Positions 12,625 to 24,917 of a stretch of 64,000 nucleotides of DNA are shown here, piece after piece. The notes beneath the pieces were generated by a model, which saw nothing but the letters and a program-made list of their open reading frames with translations, was not told where the DNA came from and ran no database searches. A program made the position numbers and the translations under genes. The stretch is taken from NCBI RefSeq assembly GCF_006345805.1, contig NC_043002.1:71858001-71922000 (forward strand). Direction: 5' to 3'. This stretch comes from Octopus sinensis. Its lineage: Eukaryota. Position 1 is the stretch's first letter. Each line of letters begins with the position of its first letter.

Positions 12625-14044
12625 CTTTTACACACGATCTTCTTTTGACAACATTGAAAACAGTGTAAGACTTAAAGGCAAACAACATCTCAAAATAGCA
12701 AAGATTCTTTTCTTGAACACAAAAGTAAAAAGAAACCACACTTTTACATGGGATATATACTTGTTATTCTTGAAAGGAATATGACTGAAAGGCAATATCA
12801 GCCAACGAATGACTAAAATATATTGATCAAGATTTTGTTGATATTCATGACGTACTGCTCTTAGAAGTATCAGAATATATAACATACTAAAACAATTCCC
12901 AAACTAACTTGTTCAAGACTATTATGATATTATTGATCATAAATACGGAAAGTAATTCCCTGGATCCTGCAATCACGTTCGTAACTCTATCAAGACTACT
13001 CCAAGAACCTAGGTGTAAAATATAATAATAATGTTTTCTTTTATCATATGCTGTTAAAGGAATTCATAGACTCTTAGGGATATTCGGAAACTAAATCAAA
13101 TATAAAAATTGATAATAATCTATTAGACTTATTTAAAGTTGTAAACATACACATGATTTTTTATTTTTAATAAAACAAATTAGTACGCGGCCAATCCTAA
13201 ATATTTCCATACAGAAATAATTCGTTTTCATTAAACTATCAAACTTTATAGATTGTCTTGAGGTGTGGTGATATAAAGTAGGAAATATAAGATTATGTGA
13301 CATAAATATCTTTCTGGGAAACATTACTGATAAAATTTACTGATAAAATTCAAAATGAATCATAACACCAACTACAACCCTGTTTCACTTCCAGTTTCAA
13401 CATATCCTGCATATTAAAAATTGTAAATTCCTTGAAAAATGTGTGATTACCTCAAAATTACAGATGTAATTTCCTCTTAAAGTATGGCTGTTATGACAAC
13501 TTCAATAATTACCGAAAATGAATAAACATGTTAAATCACTTCAAAATATTTTGCAGTTGTATTTATTATCTAGAGCATGCTCAAATCTGATCAGGCAGAC
13601 ATATATTCAAAACTGTTCAAGCCATAGCCCTCATGTATCTTTTATACATCCTGGTCTAAATTACACAAATTTTCTTTCTTTTAAACCGTGCAAAGAACAT
13701 AATACTATAGAATTTAAAGACGATTTGGTTATCGTCTCACCTTAATTGGTTCGATATTTTGCATCAGTCAATAGATGTGAAATAGGTCAAATTAATTTCA
13801 ATCTAGACTAACGAATTCTAACAACGTATTAATATATTCCGTAATTAACTATATGCACTATTATGTTTAATAGAACCTGAAATATACACGCACATTCATG
13901 ACAATTTTCGTTGCTGTGTCTTCTATTTTCTATGTTTTTGTTTTCGTGAAATTGCGAAATAATTCTCGGTCGAAAGCAGGGACGATAGGTACATATAACA
14001 GGGTAAAACAACCCACTTGTGGTAATAATGCTAACTACTTTTAG
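12625..14044 (+). pseudogene. Decayed LRR-transmembrane-like gene
   Basis: ENSVRLKG, IKIDNNLLDL (13102), CxC (IFCSC near 13550), hydrophobic FMTIFVAVSSIFYVFVFV (13895-13948) followed by basic KLRNNSRSK and a short tail ending at TAG 14042-14044; many stops. Confidence 0.55.
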
Positions 14045-14360
14045 AAATTAGATAGATACACTCACATATTGAGAGCGCAGTACCTTCTCAAGGGAAGGAA
14101 GGTCTTAAATAATGGGTTTTACGGTTGCTTACTAACATGTTTACCGCTATCTTTTGCAAATAGGCGCGGACTTGACTCTATAGTAAGTATTCTTCCCGAT
14201 TATTTGGTTCAGCCTCACAACATGGCAAGTACCTTCAACTATAGTTCGGTCTGACCAAAACATTGTGATTGAATTTGCAACACGGAAGCTGTTAGTAGTC
14301 CGTCGTATACATATATATACACACATATATATATATACTATATATATAAACATATATATG

Positions 14361-14420
<60 letters not shown>

Positions 14421-14425
<5 letters not shown>

Positions 14426-15171
14426 ACAAAATAAGGGCAGAAGAAAAATTCTAATGCCAGATACGCCAGATACGAAATTGGACCAATACGGTTATAACGA
14501 ATTTTTTAGAGATTTCTATCGGTTTATTTCGAGACGCATAAATTTAATGATTATCGACAATTTTTTTGTTTCGGCGTATCTGGTATTAGAATTTTTCTTC
14601 TGCACTTATTTTGTAAATTATGTATAAGTTTTACCTTTAAAGGCATTTTTTGATATGCTGGCCATTGATAAAATTTTTTGCCGAAAAAATTTTATCCTAT
14701 ATCAATTATAAATAGAATAGTGTTCACTTCCGGATTCTATCACTCTGTGAAAGTTTCTAGTTCGAATCACACATTTCTCGAGGTGCGCCGAAGATTTTTC
14801 TATTTGATATATTTGGGGAACTTAAGTCTGCTTGGGACTTGGTGCTTGCTTCTTCCATGGGTAGGAATAAGTATTTCAGTTATATCTCGCGTATGTGCCG
14901 CTGAAGAGGGGAAAATTTATTGTGAATTAACACCGAAATTAGACCAATATGGTAATAACGAAATTTTTAGAGATTTCTATCGGTTTATTTCGAGACGCAT
15001 AAATTTAATGGTTATCGACACTTTTTTTGTTTCGGCGTGTCTGATATTAGAATTTTTCTTCTGCCCTTATTTTGTATATTATGTATAAATTTTAACTTTA
15101 AAGGCATTTTTTGATATGCTGGCCATTGATAAATTTTTTTCCGGAAAACATGTTATCCTATATCAATTATA
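14421..15171. mobile_element. Insertion in (TA)n with a 47-bp inverted repeat and a ~240-bp direct repeat
   Basis: 14421-14467 is the reverse complement of about 14573-14619; 14473-14710 repeats at 14934-15171; absent from duplication copy 2. Confidence 0.8.
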
Positions 15172-15188
15172 TATATATATTCATATAT

Positions 15189-15247
<59 letters not shown>

Positions 15248-15269
15248 AATTGTTAAAGAGGAAGACAAA

Positions 15270-15510
15270 CGTTAAGGCAGGGCAAACATCTCAAGCCATG
15301 TACATTATTGTTATTAGAAAAGATTCTTTTATCTTCTCTCTCTTCGTCTCTCTCCTCTTTGTCGTCATTTATTTAATCTATACCCTTCTCATTTTCCCAA
15401 TTTATCTCTGATGACAGAATATGCCATACTCTGGAATATTCTACAAATAACTGTAAGACTTTAAATCTTTTCCAATAATTATAAAGTATATGGCTTGAGA
15501 TGTTTACTTT
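15270..15510 (+). mobile_element. Inverted-terminus element with degenerate hammerhead (15404-15459); duplicate at about 19225-19460
   Basis: caaacatctcaagccatgtacattattgttattagaaaagatt is the inverse of aatcttttccaataattataaagtatatggcttgagatgttt. The 19356 copy reads CTGATGA cagaatattcca tacta tggaatattcca caaa caactgta agac. Confidence 0.6.
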
Positions 15511-15680
15511 ACCATAAAGTTTGTTGCCTCCATTAATAATTATATACCCTCTATATCGGAAATCTGCAATGGTTCCATAACTACCCTCTTGTCTACAACA
15601 TTGGAGCCTTAGTAATCCGTTACAGACCTTACCTAGCGTACCTAATCGTTTAGATCACCTGTAAACTAAAACCTATACTA

Positions 15681-16123
15681 GAAGTTGGAATGAAAGTTTT
15701 TGAAGAGGCCAGAATAACGCATGTAAAACTCAAAAGTGATCTTAGGAAGAATGTTACGATCGAGAAGGTGAATGACAATGAACCTTTTGTGTACACAGTT
15801 TGCTGCGCTCAAATCTCATTTCCGAACCTATGGAAAACGAACCTACACCAACTCTTCTGCCTATATGTCTGTGGACACCTTTGAATGCAGTGTATAACAG
15901 AAGGTTTGCAAATCTAACGGAGACCTCAAAAGCCATTTAAAGATCCACTAAGATCAGAACCTATATGCAGCTCTTGGTGGTCCAAATCAGATGTGCAATC
16001 TATGTGGGTGTCTTTTCAGAATATTGTCTGGTTAAAAAAGTCGCATCAGATGCCATGATGGATCTAAGGTGTGGGTACAAAAGATGATCAAACTCTACAT
16101 AAATAGACAACCACTAACCACCA
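15681..16123 (+). pseudogene. RTE-type LINE 3' fragment with C2H2-like fingers (copy 1)
   Basis: EVGMKVFEEARITHVKLKSDLRK matches the post-RT RTE pattern G..FE..R....KR..RK; the first finger is partly deleted in this copy. Confidence 0.65.
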
Positions 16124-16127
16124 TGTG

Positions 16128-16179
<52 letters not shown>

Positions 16180-16185
16180 ATATAT

Positions 16186-16229
<44 letters not shown>

Positions 16230-16254
16230 TGTGTGTGTGTATTTCGTTTTGGGA

Positions 16255-16445
16255 TTTGGTTTGCAAGATTCTTTATATGAGTTTGTGTGTTGAAGAATAT
16301 TTTATTGTGTCTGGGGAGAGTTATTTTCTTTTTGTGCCTTATAATTTAACACACTCAGGAAAATAAAAATAAGAAATAAGTGGAAATTTTACCGGTGAGT
16401 GTGTCAAATTATAAGGCACAACAAGAAAATTATTCCCCCCAGACA
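16255..16445. mobile_element. Fold-back repeat (45-bp arms); duplicate at about 20562-20760, non-inverted relative at 60525-60705
   Basis: gtctggggagagttattttctttttgtgccttataatttaacaca pairs with tgtgtcaaattataaggcacaacaagaaaattattcccccagac. Confidence 0.8.
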
Positions 16446-17600
16446 CAACCGTGTATGATTGTGTGTGTCTTTGTGTTTGTCCACTGTTTGACAATCGCTG
16501 CCTGTTTCTTTGCACTCCCATAACGTAGGGGTTCGGCCAAAGTGACCGACAAAGTAAGTAACAGGCTTAGAATAAAGTAGTTAGTATGCTCAATTCGTCC
16601 GCCTAAAAAACTTCGAGAGATGACTCCTCACCATAGCAACAGTCCAGTGATTTAAAAAGTGAAAACAAAAAACTTTTAAAGATATGGCTTCAGAGAAAAA
16701 TGTGAAGGGAGAGTTGCTAAATATTAGAACGACTATATTATTATCCGCTTTTATTTTCAATATGCCTCATTGTCTATTGAAACATATATATCTGCGTTGA
16801 AGTATATACTGGCACTCCGTCGGTAACGACGATCAAGGTTCCAGTTGATCTGATCAATAGAACAGTGCACTCGTGAAGTTAAGCAATCCACAGACACGCA
16901 TATCATTAATGTAATTTTCAGTTCTACACGTTCTGATTTCAAATATCACCGAGCTTGACTGTAATTTACATGCTTCGGGGTCGATAAAATAAAACCAAAC
17001 ACAAAGATCGATAAATTAGACGGCACCGATAATTAACATACGTACTCGACCAAGCACCATCGAATAGCATATATCCAAAAACCAGTACTTCCGGATTCAA
17101 ACAGACGAATGAGATCTCGCATTCTTCCTCAATCACTCACGCGTGCCACGAGTAATTCCACAGAAACTGCAGTTTACTATCAGGGAGTGGATTATATTAT
17201 CAATAATAATAAAGAGTAAAATTAATTAATCAATGATAGACAGAAACTGAAAGAAACCCGTCGTGTGTATGTATATAAGTATATACATATATACATTTAT
17301 GTGTGTGTTTGTATTATAAATATATGTATACATTTAGGTGTATGTGTCTTTATGACTGTGTTTGTCCCACGACCACCGCTTGACAACCGGTTTTGGTGTT
17401 TACATATCCGTAATATAGCGGTTCAGCAAAAGGAGTCGATAGCATAAGTACTAGGCTTACGGCGGATAAGTCCTTGGGTCAATTCCTTCGACTAGGAAAT
17501 TTTTTAAGGCTGTGGCGCATTATATTTGCTATAAAAAAAAAGAATATATGTATGTGAGTGCGAGACAGAGGGTGTGTGGTTGTGTTTCTGTGTGTGTATG

Positions 17601-17682
<82 letters not shown>

Positions 17683-17759
17683 TGTGTCTGTGTCTGAGTG
17701 TATGTTTCTATGCATGAGATTGCGCAATGTGCAAATACCAAAGTTTATTTTCTATATTT

Positions 17760-18080
17760 CTCTTTCCATTGTTTTTCCTCGTAATCCGTTCTGTCGAAGA
17801 GCGTAGGCTCGAAACATCAAGGACTTTTTCCATACTTCTCGAGTGATAAACTAGTATAGTATACCTGCTTTTTGTTTCCACTCCTCTCTTAATCTTTTGT
17901 TTTCTGTTTATTTGAACAGCATATATATATATATATAATATATATATATATAGTTGAAATTTACAGAAAAACGAAAGACGAATACAGGTGTATGAACAAG
18001 TAGGTGTATTAGCTCGAGAAAATGAGAAAGCCTTTTACATTTCGACCTTACAGTCTTCAACGGAGAAAATAAAAGATCTT
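17760..18080. mobile_element. Tail-to-tail pair of family F3 elements around a (TA)n, each with a degenerate hammerhead-like motif
   Basis: Plus strand ctgtcga a gagc gtag gctc gaaac (17791); minus strand ccgttga a gac tgtaag gtc gaaat gta (about 18031-18068). Confidence 0.65.
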
Positions 18081-19627
18081 GTGGTTTGTACGTGGCCAAT
18101 CCTAAATATTTCCATACAGAAATAATTCGTTTTCATTAAACTATCAAACTTTATAGATTGTCTTGAGGTGTGGTGATATAAAGTAGAAAGTATAAGATTA
18201 TTTGACATAAATATCTTTCTGGGAAACTTTACTGAAAAATTTACTGATAAAATTCAAAATGAATCATAACACCAACTACAACCCTGTTTCACTTCCAGTT
18301 TCAACATATCCTGCATATTAAAAACTGTAAATTCCCTGAAAAGTGTGTGATTACCTCAAAATTACAGATGTTATTTTCTCTTCAAGTATGTCTGTTATGA
18401 CAACTTCAATAATTACCGAACATAAATAAACATGTTAAATGACTTCAAAATATTTTGCAGTTGTATTTATTATCTAGAGCATGCTCAAATCTGATCAGGC
18501 AGACATATATTCAAAACTGTTCAAGCCATGGCCCTCATGTATCTTTTATACATCCTGGTCTAAATTACACAAATTTTCTTTCTTTTAAACCGTGCAAAGA
18601 ACATAATACTATAGAATTTAAAGACGATTTGGTTATCGTCTCACCTTAATTGGTTCGATATTTTGCATCAGTCAATAGATGTGAAATAGGTCAAATTAAT
18701 TTCAATCTAGACTAACGAATTCTAACAATGTATTAATACATGACAATTTTCGTTGCTGTGTCTTCTATTTTTTTTTTTTCGTTTTCGTGAAATTGCGAAA
18801 TAATTCTCGGGTGAAAGCAGCGACAATAGGTACATATAACACGATAAAACGAATCACTTGTGGTAATAATGCTAACTATTTTTAGAAATTAGATAAACAC
18901 ACTCACATATGGAGAGCACAGCACGTTCTCAAGGAAAGGAAGGTCTTAAATAATGAATTTTACGGTTGCCTATTAACGTGTTTACCGCTATATGTTGCAA
19001 ATAGGCGCGGACTTGACTCTGTAGTAAGTTTTCCTCCGGATTATATGGTTCAGCCTAACAACATGGCAAGTACCTTCAACTATAGTTCGGTCTGACCAAA
19101 ACATTGTGTTTGAATTGCAGTCCGTCGTATATATATACACATACATACATACATACATACACACATATATATATACTATATTTAAAATTAAATATATACA
19201 CATTGTTAAAGAGGAACACAAACGTTAAGGCAAGGCAAACATCTCAAGTCATGTACATTATTGTTATTAGAAAAGATTCTTTTTTCTTCCCTCTCTTCAT
19301 CTCTATCCTCTTTGTCGTCATTTCTTTTATCTATACCTTTCCCATTTTCCCGATTTCCTCTGATGACAGAATATTCCATACTATGGAATATTCCACAAAC
19401 AACTGTAAGACTTTAAATCTTTTCCAATAATTATAAAGTATATGGCTTGAGATGTTTACTTTACCTTAACATTTGTTGCCCCTTTAACAATTATATATCC
19501 CCTATATCGGAAATCTGCAATGGTTCCATAATTACCGTCTCGGCTACAACCTTCGAACCTTAGTAATCCGTTACAGACCTTACCTAGCGTACCTAATCGT
19601 ATAAATCACTTGTAAACTAAATCCCAT

Positions 19628-20090
19628 ACTTGAAGTTGTAATGAAAGCTTTTGAAGAGGCCAGGATAACGCATGTAAGACTCAAAAGTGATCTGAGGAAG
19701 AATGTTACGATCGAGAAAGTGAATGACAATAAACTTTTTGTGTGCACAGTTTGTGACAGACCATGCCTGGCTTTTGCTGGGCTCAAATCTCATTTCCGAA
19801 CCTATGGAAAACGAACCTAACTATTCTGCCTATATGTCTGTGGACACCTTTGAATGCAGTGTATAACAGAAGGTTTGCAAATCTAACGGAGGCCTCAAAA
19901 GACATTTTAAGATCCACACAGTTCAGAACCTAACTGCAGCTCTTCTTGGTGGTCCAAATCGGATATGCAATGTATGTGGATGTCTTTTCAGAACATTGTC
20001 TGGTTTAAAAAGCCACATCAGATGCCATGATAGTTCTAAGGTGTATGTACAGGAGGTGATCAAACTCTATATAAGTAGACAACCACATAT
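19628..20090 (+). pseudogene. RTE-type LINE 3' fragment with three C2H2-like fingers (copy 2)
   Basis: FVCTVCDRPCLAFAGLKSHFRTY; FECSV*QKVCKSNGGLKRHFKIH; ICNVCGCLFRTLSGLKSHIRCH. Confidence 0.7.
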
Positions 20091-20135
20091 ATATTAAATA
20101 TATATTAAATAATATGTACAATTACTCAATAGTCA

Positions 20136-20196
20136 AGATAAAACTGAGTTTCAGATGCCGAAGTGGAAATCCACAACACCATCTCTTCGATTATCT
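20136..20196 (-). ncRNA. Degenerate hammerhead-like motif, family F5
   Basis: Minus strand agataa tcgaaga gatg...catc t GAAA ctcag t t ttatct; stem I is 6 bp; homologous to 53103-53161. Confidence 0.45.
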
Positions 20197-20511
20197 GGCC
20201 ATCTGAAAAAACTCTATGAAAAAATACCTTTATATAAAGGGAAATTACCGTGTTATAATTATGCTACTTATATAAAATAAGACTAAAATTTCATAGTAAA
20301 ACACAACTAGTCATACGCTGACATTTGCGCTCGTGGACCCACGTGCTTACTTATACGTCACTATGAAAACATACACATCTTCACTCGCATTTTTCGCCAA
20401 ATATATACGCATATATATAGAAACTCATACACACACACATGCGTACCGTAAAAGTTCATGCATACGTCTATATACGCACAAGCACAAGAAAAACCATGGT
20501 TAAAGGTAACG

Positions 20512-20550
<39 letters not shown>

Positions 20551-21129
20551 TGTGTATTTCTTTTGGGGATTTGGTTTGCAAGATTCTTTATATGAGTTTG
20601 TGTGTTGAAGCATATTCTGTGGTGTCTGGGGAGAGTTATTTTCTTTTTGTGCCTTATAATTTAACACATTCATGAAAATAAAAATAAGAAATAAGTGGAA
20701 ATTTTAGCGTTAAGTGTGTTAAATTATAAGGCACAAAAAGAAAATTACTCTTTCCAGACTCAGCAGAATATATAAATGTGTGTGTGTGTGTGTCTTTGTC
20801 CACCGTTTGACAATCGCTGCTTGTTTCTTTGCACCCCCATAACTTAGGGGTTCGGCCAAAGTGACCGACAGAGTAAGTAACAGGCTTAGAATAAAGTAGT
20901 TAGTATGCTCAATTCGTCCGCCTAAAACACTTCGAGAGATGACTCCTCACCATAGCAACAGTCCACTGATTGAAAAAGTGGAAACAAAAAAACTTTTAAT
21001 GATATGGCTTTCAGAGAAAAATATGAAGGGATAGTTGCTAAATATTAGAAAGATTATATCATTATTCGCTTTTATTTTCAATATGCTTCATTGTCTATTG
21101 AAACATATATCATATCTGCGTTGAAGTAT

Positions 21130-21450
21130 ATACTGGCACTCCGTCGGTTACGAAGATCAAGGTTTCAGTTGATCCGATCAATAGAACAGTCCACTGGTGA
21201 AGTTAACCTGCATTGATTAAGCACTCCACAGACACGCATATCTTTAATGTAATTTTCAGGGAGATTCAGCGCGACAGAGGATGTGACAAGAGCGGTCCTT
21301 TAAAATAGAGGTCCTGTTTGTTTCTTCCATCTGACTGGACTGGAGCAAGGTGAAATAAAGTGTCATGGTCAAGGATACAACGCGTCGCTGGAAATTGAAC
21401 TCACGACTTGACGATCATGAGCCGAATACATTAACCACTAAGCAACTCAC
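21130..21450 (-). mobile_element. tRNA-headed SINE, group D
   Basis: Homologous to 61901-62220; a truncated duplicate lies at about 16805-16920. Confidence 0.85.
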
Positions 21451-22421
21451 GTTGAAAGTACAAACGTACGCGCGGGCACGATGCTAAATCATTTCACCAA
21501 TGTGTTATGGTCCGGTCAGTATATGTTCACACATATGTGATTATGCGTATGAGTACCAGTTGAACAATGGTAACAACGTAATTGACTAAAACCCCTCCCC
21601 TAGAATTTCAGGCTTGTGCCTATGGTAGAAACAATTATCGTTATTATTAAGACAGCGATCTTGAGGAATCACTAAATCATCGGATACAAGTGCCTATATA
21701 TATTACTGCCAGTTCTACACGTTCTGATTTCAAATATCACCGAGGTGGACTGTAATTTACATACTTCGGGGCCGATAAAATAAAACCAAACTCTAAGATC
21801 GATATATTTGAGAGCACCGATAATTAACATACGTACTCGACCAAGCACCATCGAATAGCATATATCCAAAAACCAGTACTTCCGGATTCAAACAGACGAA
21901 TGTGATCTCACATTCCACCTCAATCACTCACGCGTGCCACGAGTAATTCCGCAGAAACTGCAATTTACTATCAGGGAGAGAATTATATTATCAATAATAA
22001 AAAAGTGTAAAATTAATTCATCAATGATAGACGGAAACTGAAAGAAACCCGTCGTGTGTATGTATATATGTATATACATATATAGATTTATGTGTGTGTA
22101 TTATATATGTATGTATAAATTTAGGTGTATTTGTCCCACGACCACCGCTTGACCACCAGTTTTGGTGTTTACATCTCCGTAAATAGCGGTTCGACAAAGC
22201 GAGCCGATAGAATAAGTACTAGGCTTACGGCGGATAAGTCCGTGGGTCAATTCCCTCGACTAGGAAATTTTTTTAAGGCTGTGCCGCATTATGTCTGCTA
22301 TCAAAAGAAAGAATACATGTATGTGAGTGCGAGACAGAGGGTGTGTGTTTGTGTTTCGGTGTGTGAGTGTGTTTCTATCTTCTATATTTCTCTTTTGTTT
22401 TCTGTTTATTTGAACAATATA

Positions 22422-22452
<31 letters not shown>

Positions 22453-22645
22453 GTTGTAATTTACAGGTGTATGAACAAGTAGGTGTATTAGCTCGAGAAA
22501 GTGAGAACGCCTATTACATTTCGAGCTTACAGTCTTCAACGGAGAAAATAAATGATCTTGTAGTTTGCGTATATGAGTGTATATGTGTGTGTGTCTGCTT
22601 TTTTATGTGCATATATACATATATATGTACGTACATACATGTATG

Positions 22646-22727
<82 letters not shown>

Positions 22728-23376
22728 AACACACTCACACACAAGGGAAGAGTCATCAAATATTAAGCATAGAGCCCAATATGCCTATTCCAGTATGGCT
22801 GCATTATGTATTCGTTTATTTCGTCCAACCAGTGATCTAAGCTGGAACACAGTGATAATTATTGAAGTAGTATTGTTGTCATTATTCGTTCCATGCTTAG
22901 CAGTGGTTAACTTGGGAAGGTTGCTATCTCTTTCCTTATATTCCTATTATGTTGGTTCATACGAGATCTTCAGCTGTAAGACTGAAGCTTATTTCCTGAT
23001 ATGTTGATGTCTATTGCTTGCAATTAGATTAAAATTTGCGAGAGTATTTTATAGAGTTGAGATTATGTAAGTCCCAAGTCATTGCTGCAGCTTGCTTTTA
23101 ATTGCGTGGAATAAGATGGAATTCTTCATGGGATAATCCACCTTTCTCGATTGATAATGAAATATAAGCCAGAAATTCAATAGCCAGGAATTAAGATAAG
23201 GAAATCAAAGAAACATATCGGAATTGCAAGACTATAATCCTAAAAATAAAGAGCCTTACATATTCCAAAAGAAACCAACAGTGAGTGAGGACCCCCAGGC
23301 TGAACCAAATCTTCCAAATACATGCTTTCATAGAAAAAACAAAAGACAGTTCAAATGAGCGAAACAAATATTAGCA

Positions 23377-23585
23377 ACATTATTTACATATGACGGATAT
23401 ATGTCCTCGTCTTGTTTGTTGTTAACACATTTCCGCTGATATACCCTCCAGCCTTCATCAAGTGTCTTTGGGAAATTTCGAGCCTCGGTCCTCATTCTTA
23501 AGGTATTTTTCGATATTATTGTGGCGTAGTGGCTAAGATCGCGGGCTACTAACCCCAAGATTCCGTGTTCGATTCCAGGCAGTGA

Positions 23586-23665
<80 letters not shown>

Positions 23666-23694
23666 TAATAGTAATAATAATAATAATAATAATG

Positions 23695-23742
<48 letters not shown>

Positions 23743-23938
23743 GTAATGATAATAACATCGAAAAATACCTTAGCAATGAGAACCCAAGTTCGAAATTTCC
23801 CCAAGACACCTGATGAAGGCTTGGAGGGTATATCAGCCGAAACGTTGTGTTAGCAACAAACGAGATGAGGACAAATACCCATCAATTGTAAATAATGTGA
23901 ATAATGTACATAATTCCTCATGTCTTAAATATAGAACG
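23377..23938 (+). mobile_element. Composite: inverted terminal copy, tRNA-like head, (AAT)n, hammerhead-bearing terminal repeat
   Basis: 23377-23520 is the reverse complement of about 23751-23898; head gtggcgtagtggctaag...gttcgattccagg at 23521-23590; (AAT)n from about 23590 to 23755. Confidence 0.8.
23805..23851 (+). ncRNA. Minimal type I hammerhead ribozyme motif (family F2)
   Basis: gacac CTGATGA a ggct tggagggtatatc agcc GAAA c gt t gtgtt: stem I gacac/gtgtt, stem II ggct/agcc, palindromic AACGTT, predicted cleavage after 23846. Confidence 0.7.
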
Positions 23939-24096
23939 GAAATATCAGCAAATGCTAAACAGAATGCAATAACAGGACTAATATAAAAACATGCGAGCAA
24001 TCCAACTGTGGTAAAAATTGCAGCCTGGTAGAAGTATCAGAGATCCATTTCAAACGAGGACTAAAGTTATTTTAGCTGTGCACCTGCAAATCTGTG

Positions 24097-24403
24097 TGGA
24101 GGTACATGGTCTAGTGGTTAGAGCAATGGACTCGCGGTCGAGGAATCGCGTGATCCAGTCTCAAACCGGGCAAAATGCGTGTTTACGAGTGAAACATTTA
24201 AGCTCTACGCGGCTTCAGCAGAAGGTAATGGCGAACTTCTGCTGACTCTTTCGCCACAACTTCCTCTCACTCTTTTCTCCTGCAACTAGTAGCTCACCTG
24301 TGACGGACCGGCGTCGCGTCCAGGTGTGGAACTTATACGCAAATGAAACAGGGAAACCAGCCCTTATGAGCCAGGCATGCCTCGTAAAGGAACAAAGAAC
24401 AAC
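24097..24403 (+). mobile_element. Group C-type SINE head with an alternative tail
   Basis: catggtctagtggttagagcaatggactcgcggtcg...ctgctgactctttcgccacaac, then ggaccggcgtcgcgtccag, shared with 40545-40722. Confidence 0.75.
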
Positions 24404-24454
24404 ATCTGCAAATCTAATTGGTTCAATTACATGTTCTGGGTGTGGTAAGAACTA

Positions 24455-24632
24455 CCATATTTTGACGTGTATAAGTGACCCCTTTTTGTCAAAAATTAGT
24501 TTTAAAATATATAGGAGCTTCTTATACATGGATAGTATCATAATCCCTTTCAAAACATTTCTTCCAAATTTTGAGCCCCCAAAATTAGGGTTTCTTTATA
24601 CACGAGTGTTCTTTATACACGTTAAAATACGG
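24455..24632. mobile_element. Tc1/mariner-superfamily MITE (Tc2-like termini)
   Basis: TIRs ccatattttgacgtgtataag / tttatacacgttaaaatacgg with TA on both sides (24453-24454, 24633-24634). Confidence 0.8.
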
Positions 24633-24917
24633 TACATAAAGCAAACTGGGATATCCATAAAACAACGCTTGAATATGTCTAGAGATTACAATATAAAATA
24701 CGGAAATATAACCAGATCGGAGTTACTGAACATACAGACACAGCTGTAGGTAAGGAACAACCAAATTTTACAATATTCTTATAGTAATTTAGCAACTACC
24801 CATTAATAAAGATACAACTTGCACAACCACGCACTTCTAAGAAACTGTGGAAGTGAAAGGTAAACAACAGTTTAAATCTGCTACTGGCGTCGCTGGTACT
24901 ACCACAGCAACTGTGGA

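Larger units (their letters stand above)
13183..18087. repeat. Tandem segmental duplication, copy 1 (~4.9 kb)
   Basis: gtacgcggccaatcctaaatatttccatacag at 13183 recurs at 18088; collinear through to cttcaacggagaaaataa.gatcttgt.gtttg at both copy ends. Confidence 0.95.
18088..22567. repeat. Tandem segmental duplication, copy 2 (~4.5 kb), starting with a 5'-truncated LRR-TM pseudogene copy (18088-18900)
   Basis: Collinear with 13183-18087, roughly 90 percent identical by eye, with copy-specific indels. Confidence 0.95.
22790..24900 (-). pseudogene. Fragmented LRR-like pseudogene split by three insertions
   Basis: Minus-strand strings SLDIFKRCFMDIP (24648-24685), LQFLPQLDCSH (23991-24023) and [15 protein letters not shown] (22979-23023); frames broken. 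Confidence 0.4.

Noticed and set aside
14678-15088. 136-aa ORF
   Set aside because: It lies within the repeated insertion 14421-15171, is absent from the duplicate copy and has no recognisable motif.
23521-23590. Possible tRNA gene
   Set aside because: A and B boxes are present but no complete cloverleaf or acceptor stem is evident, and it runs into (AAT)n; treated as a SINE-type head, as are the other tRNA-like heads.
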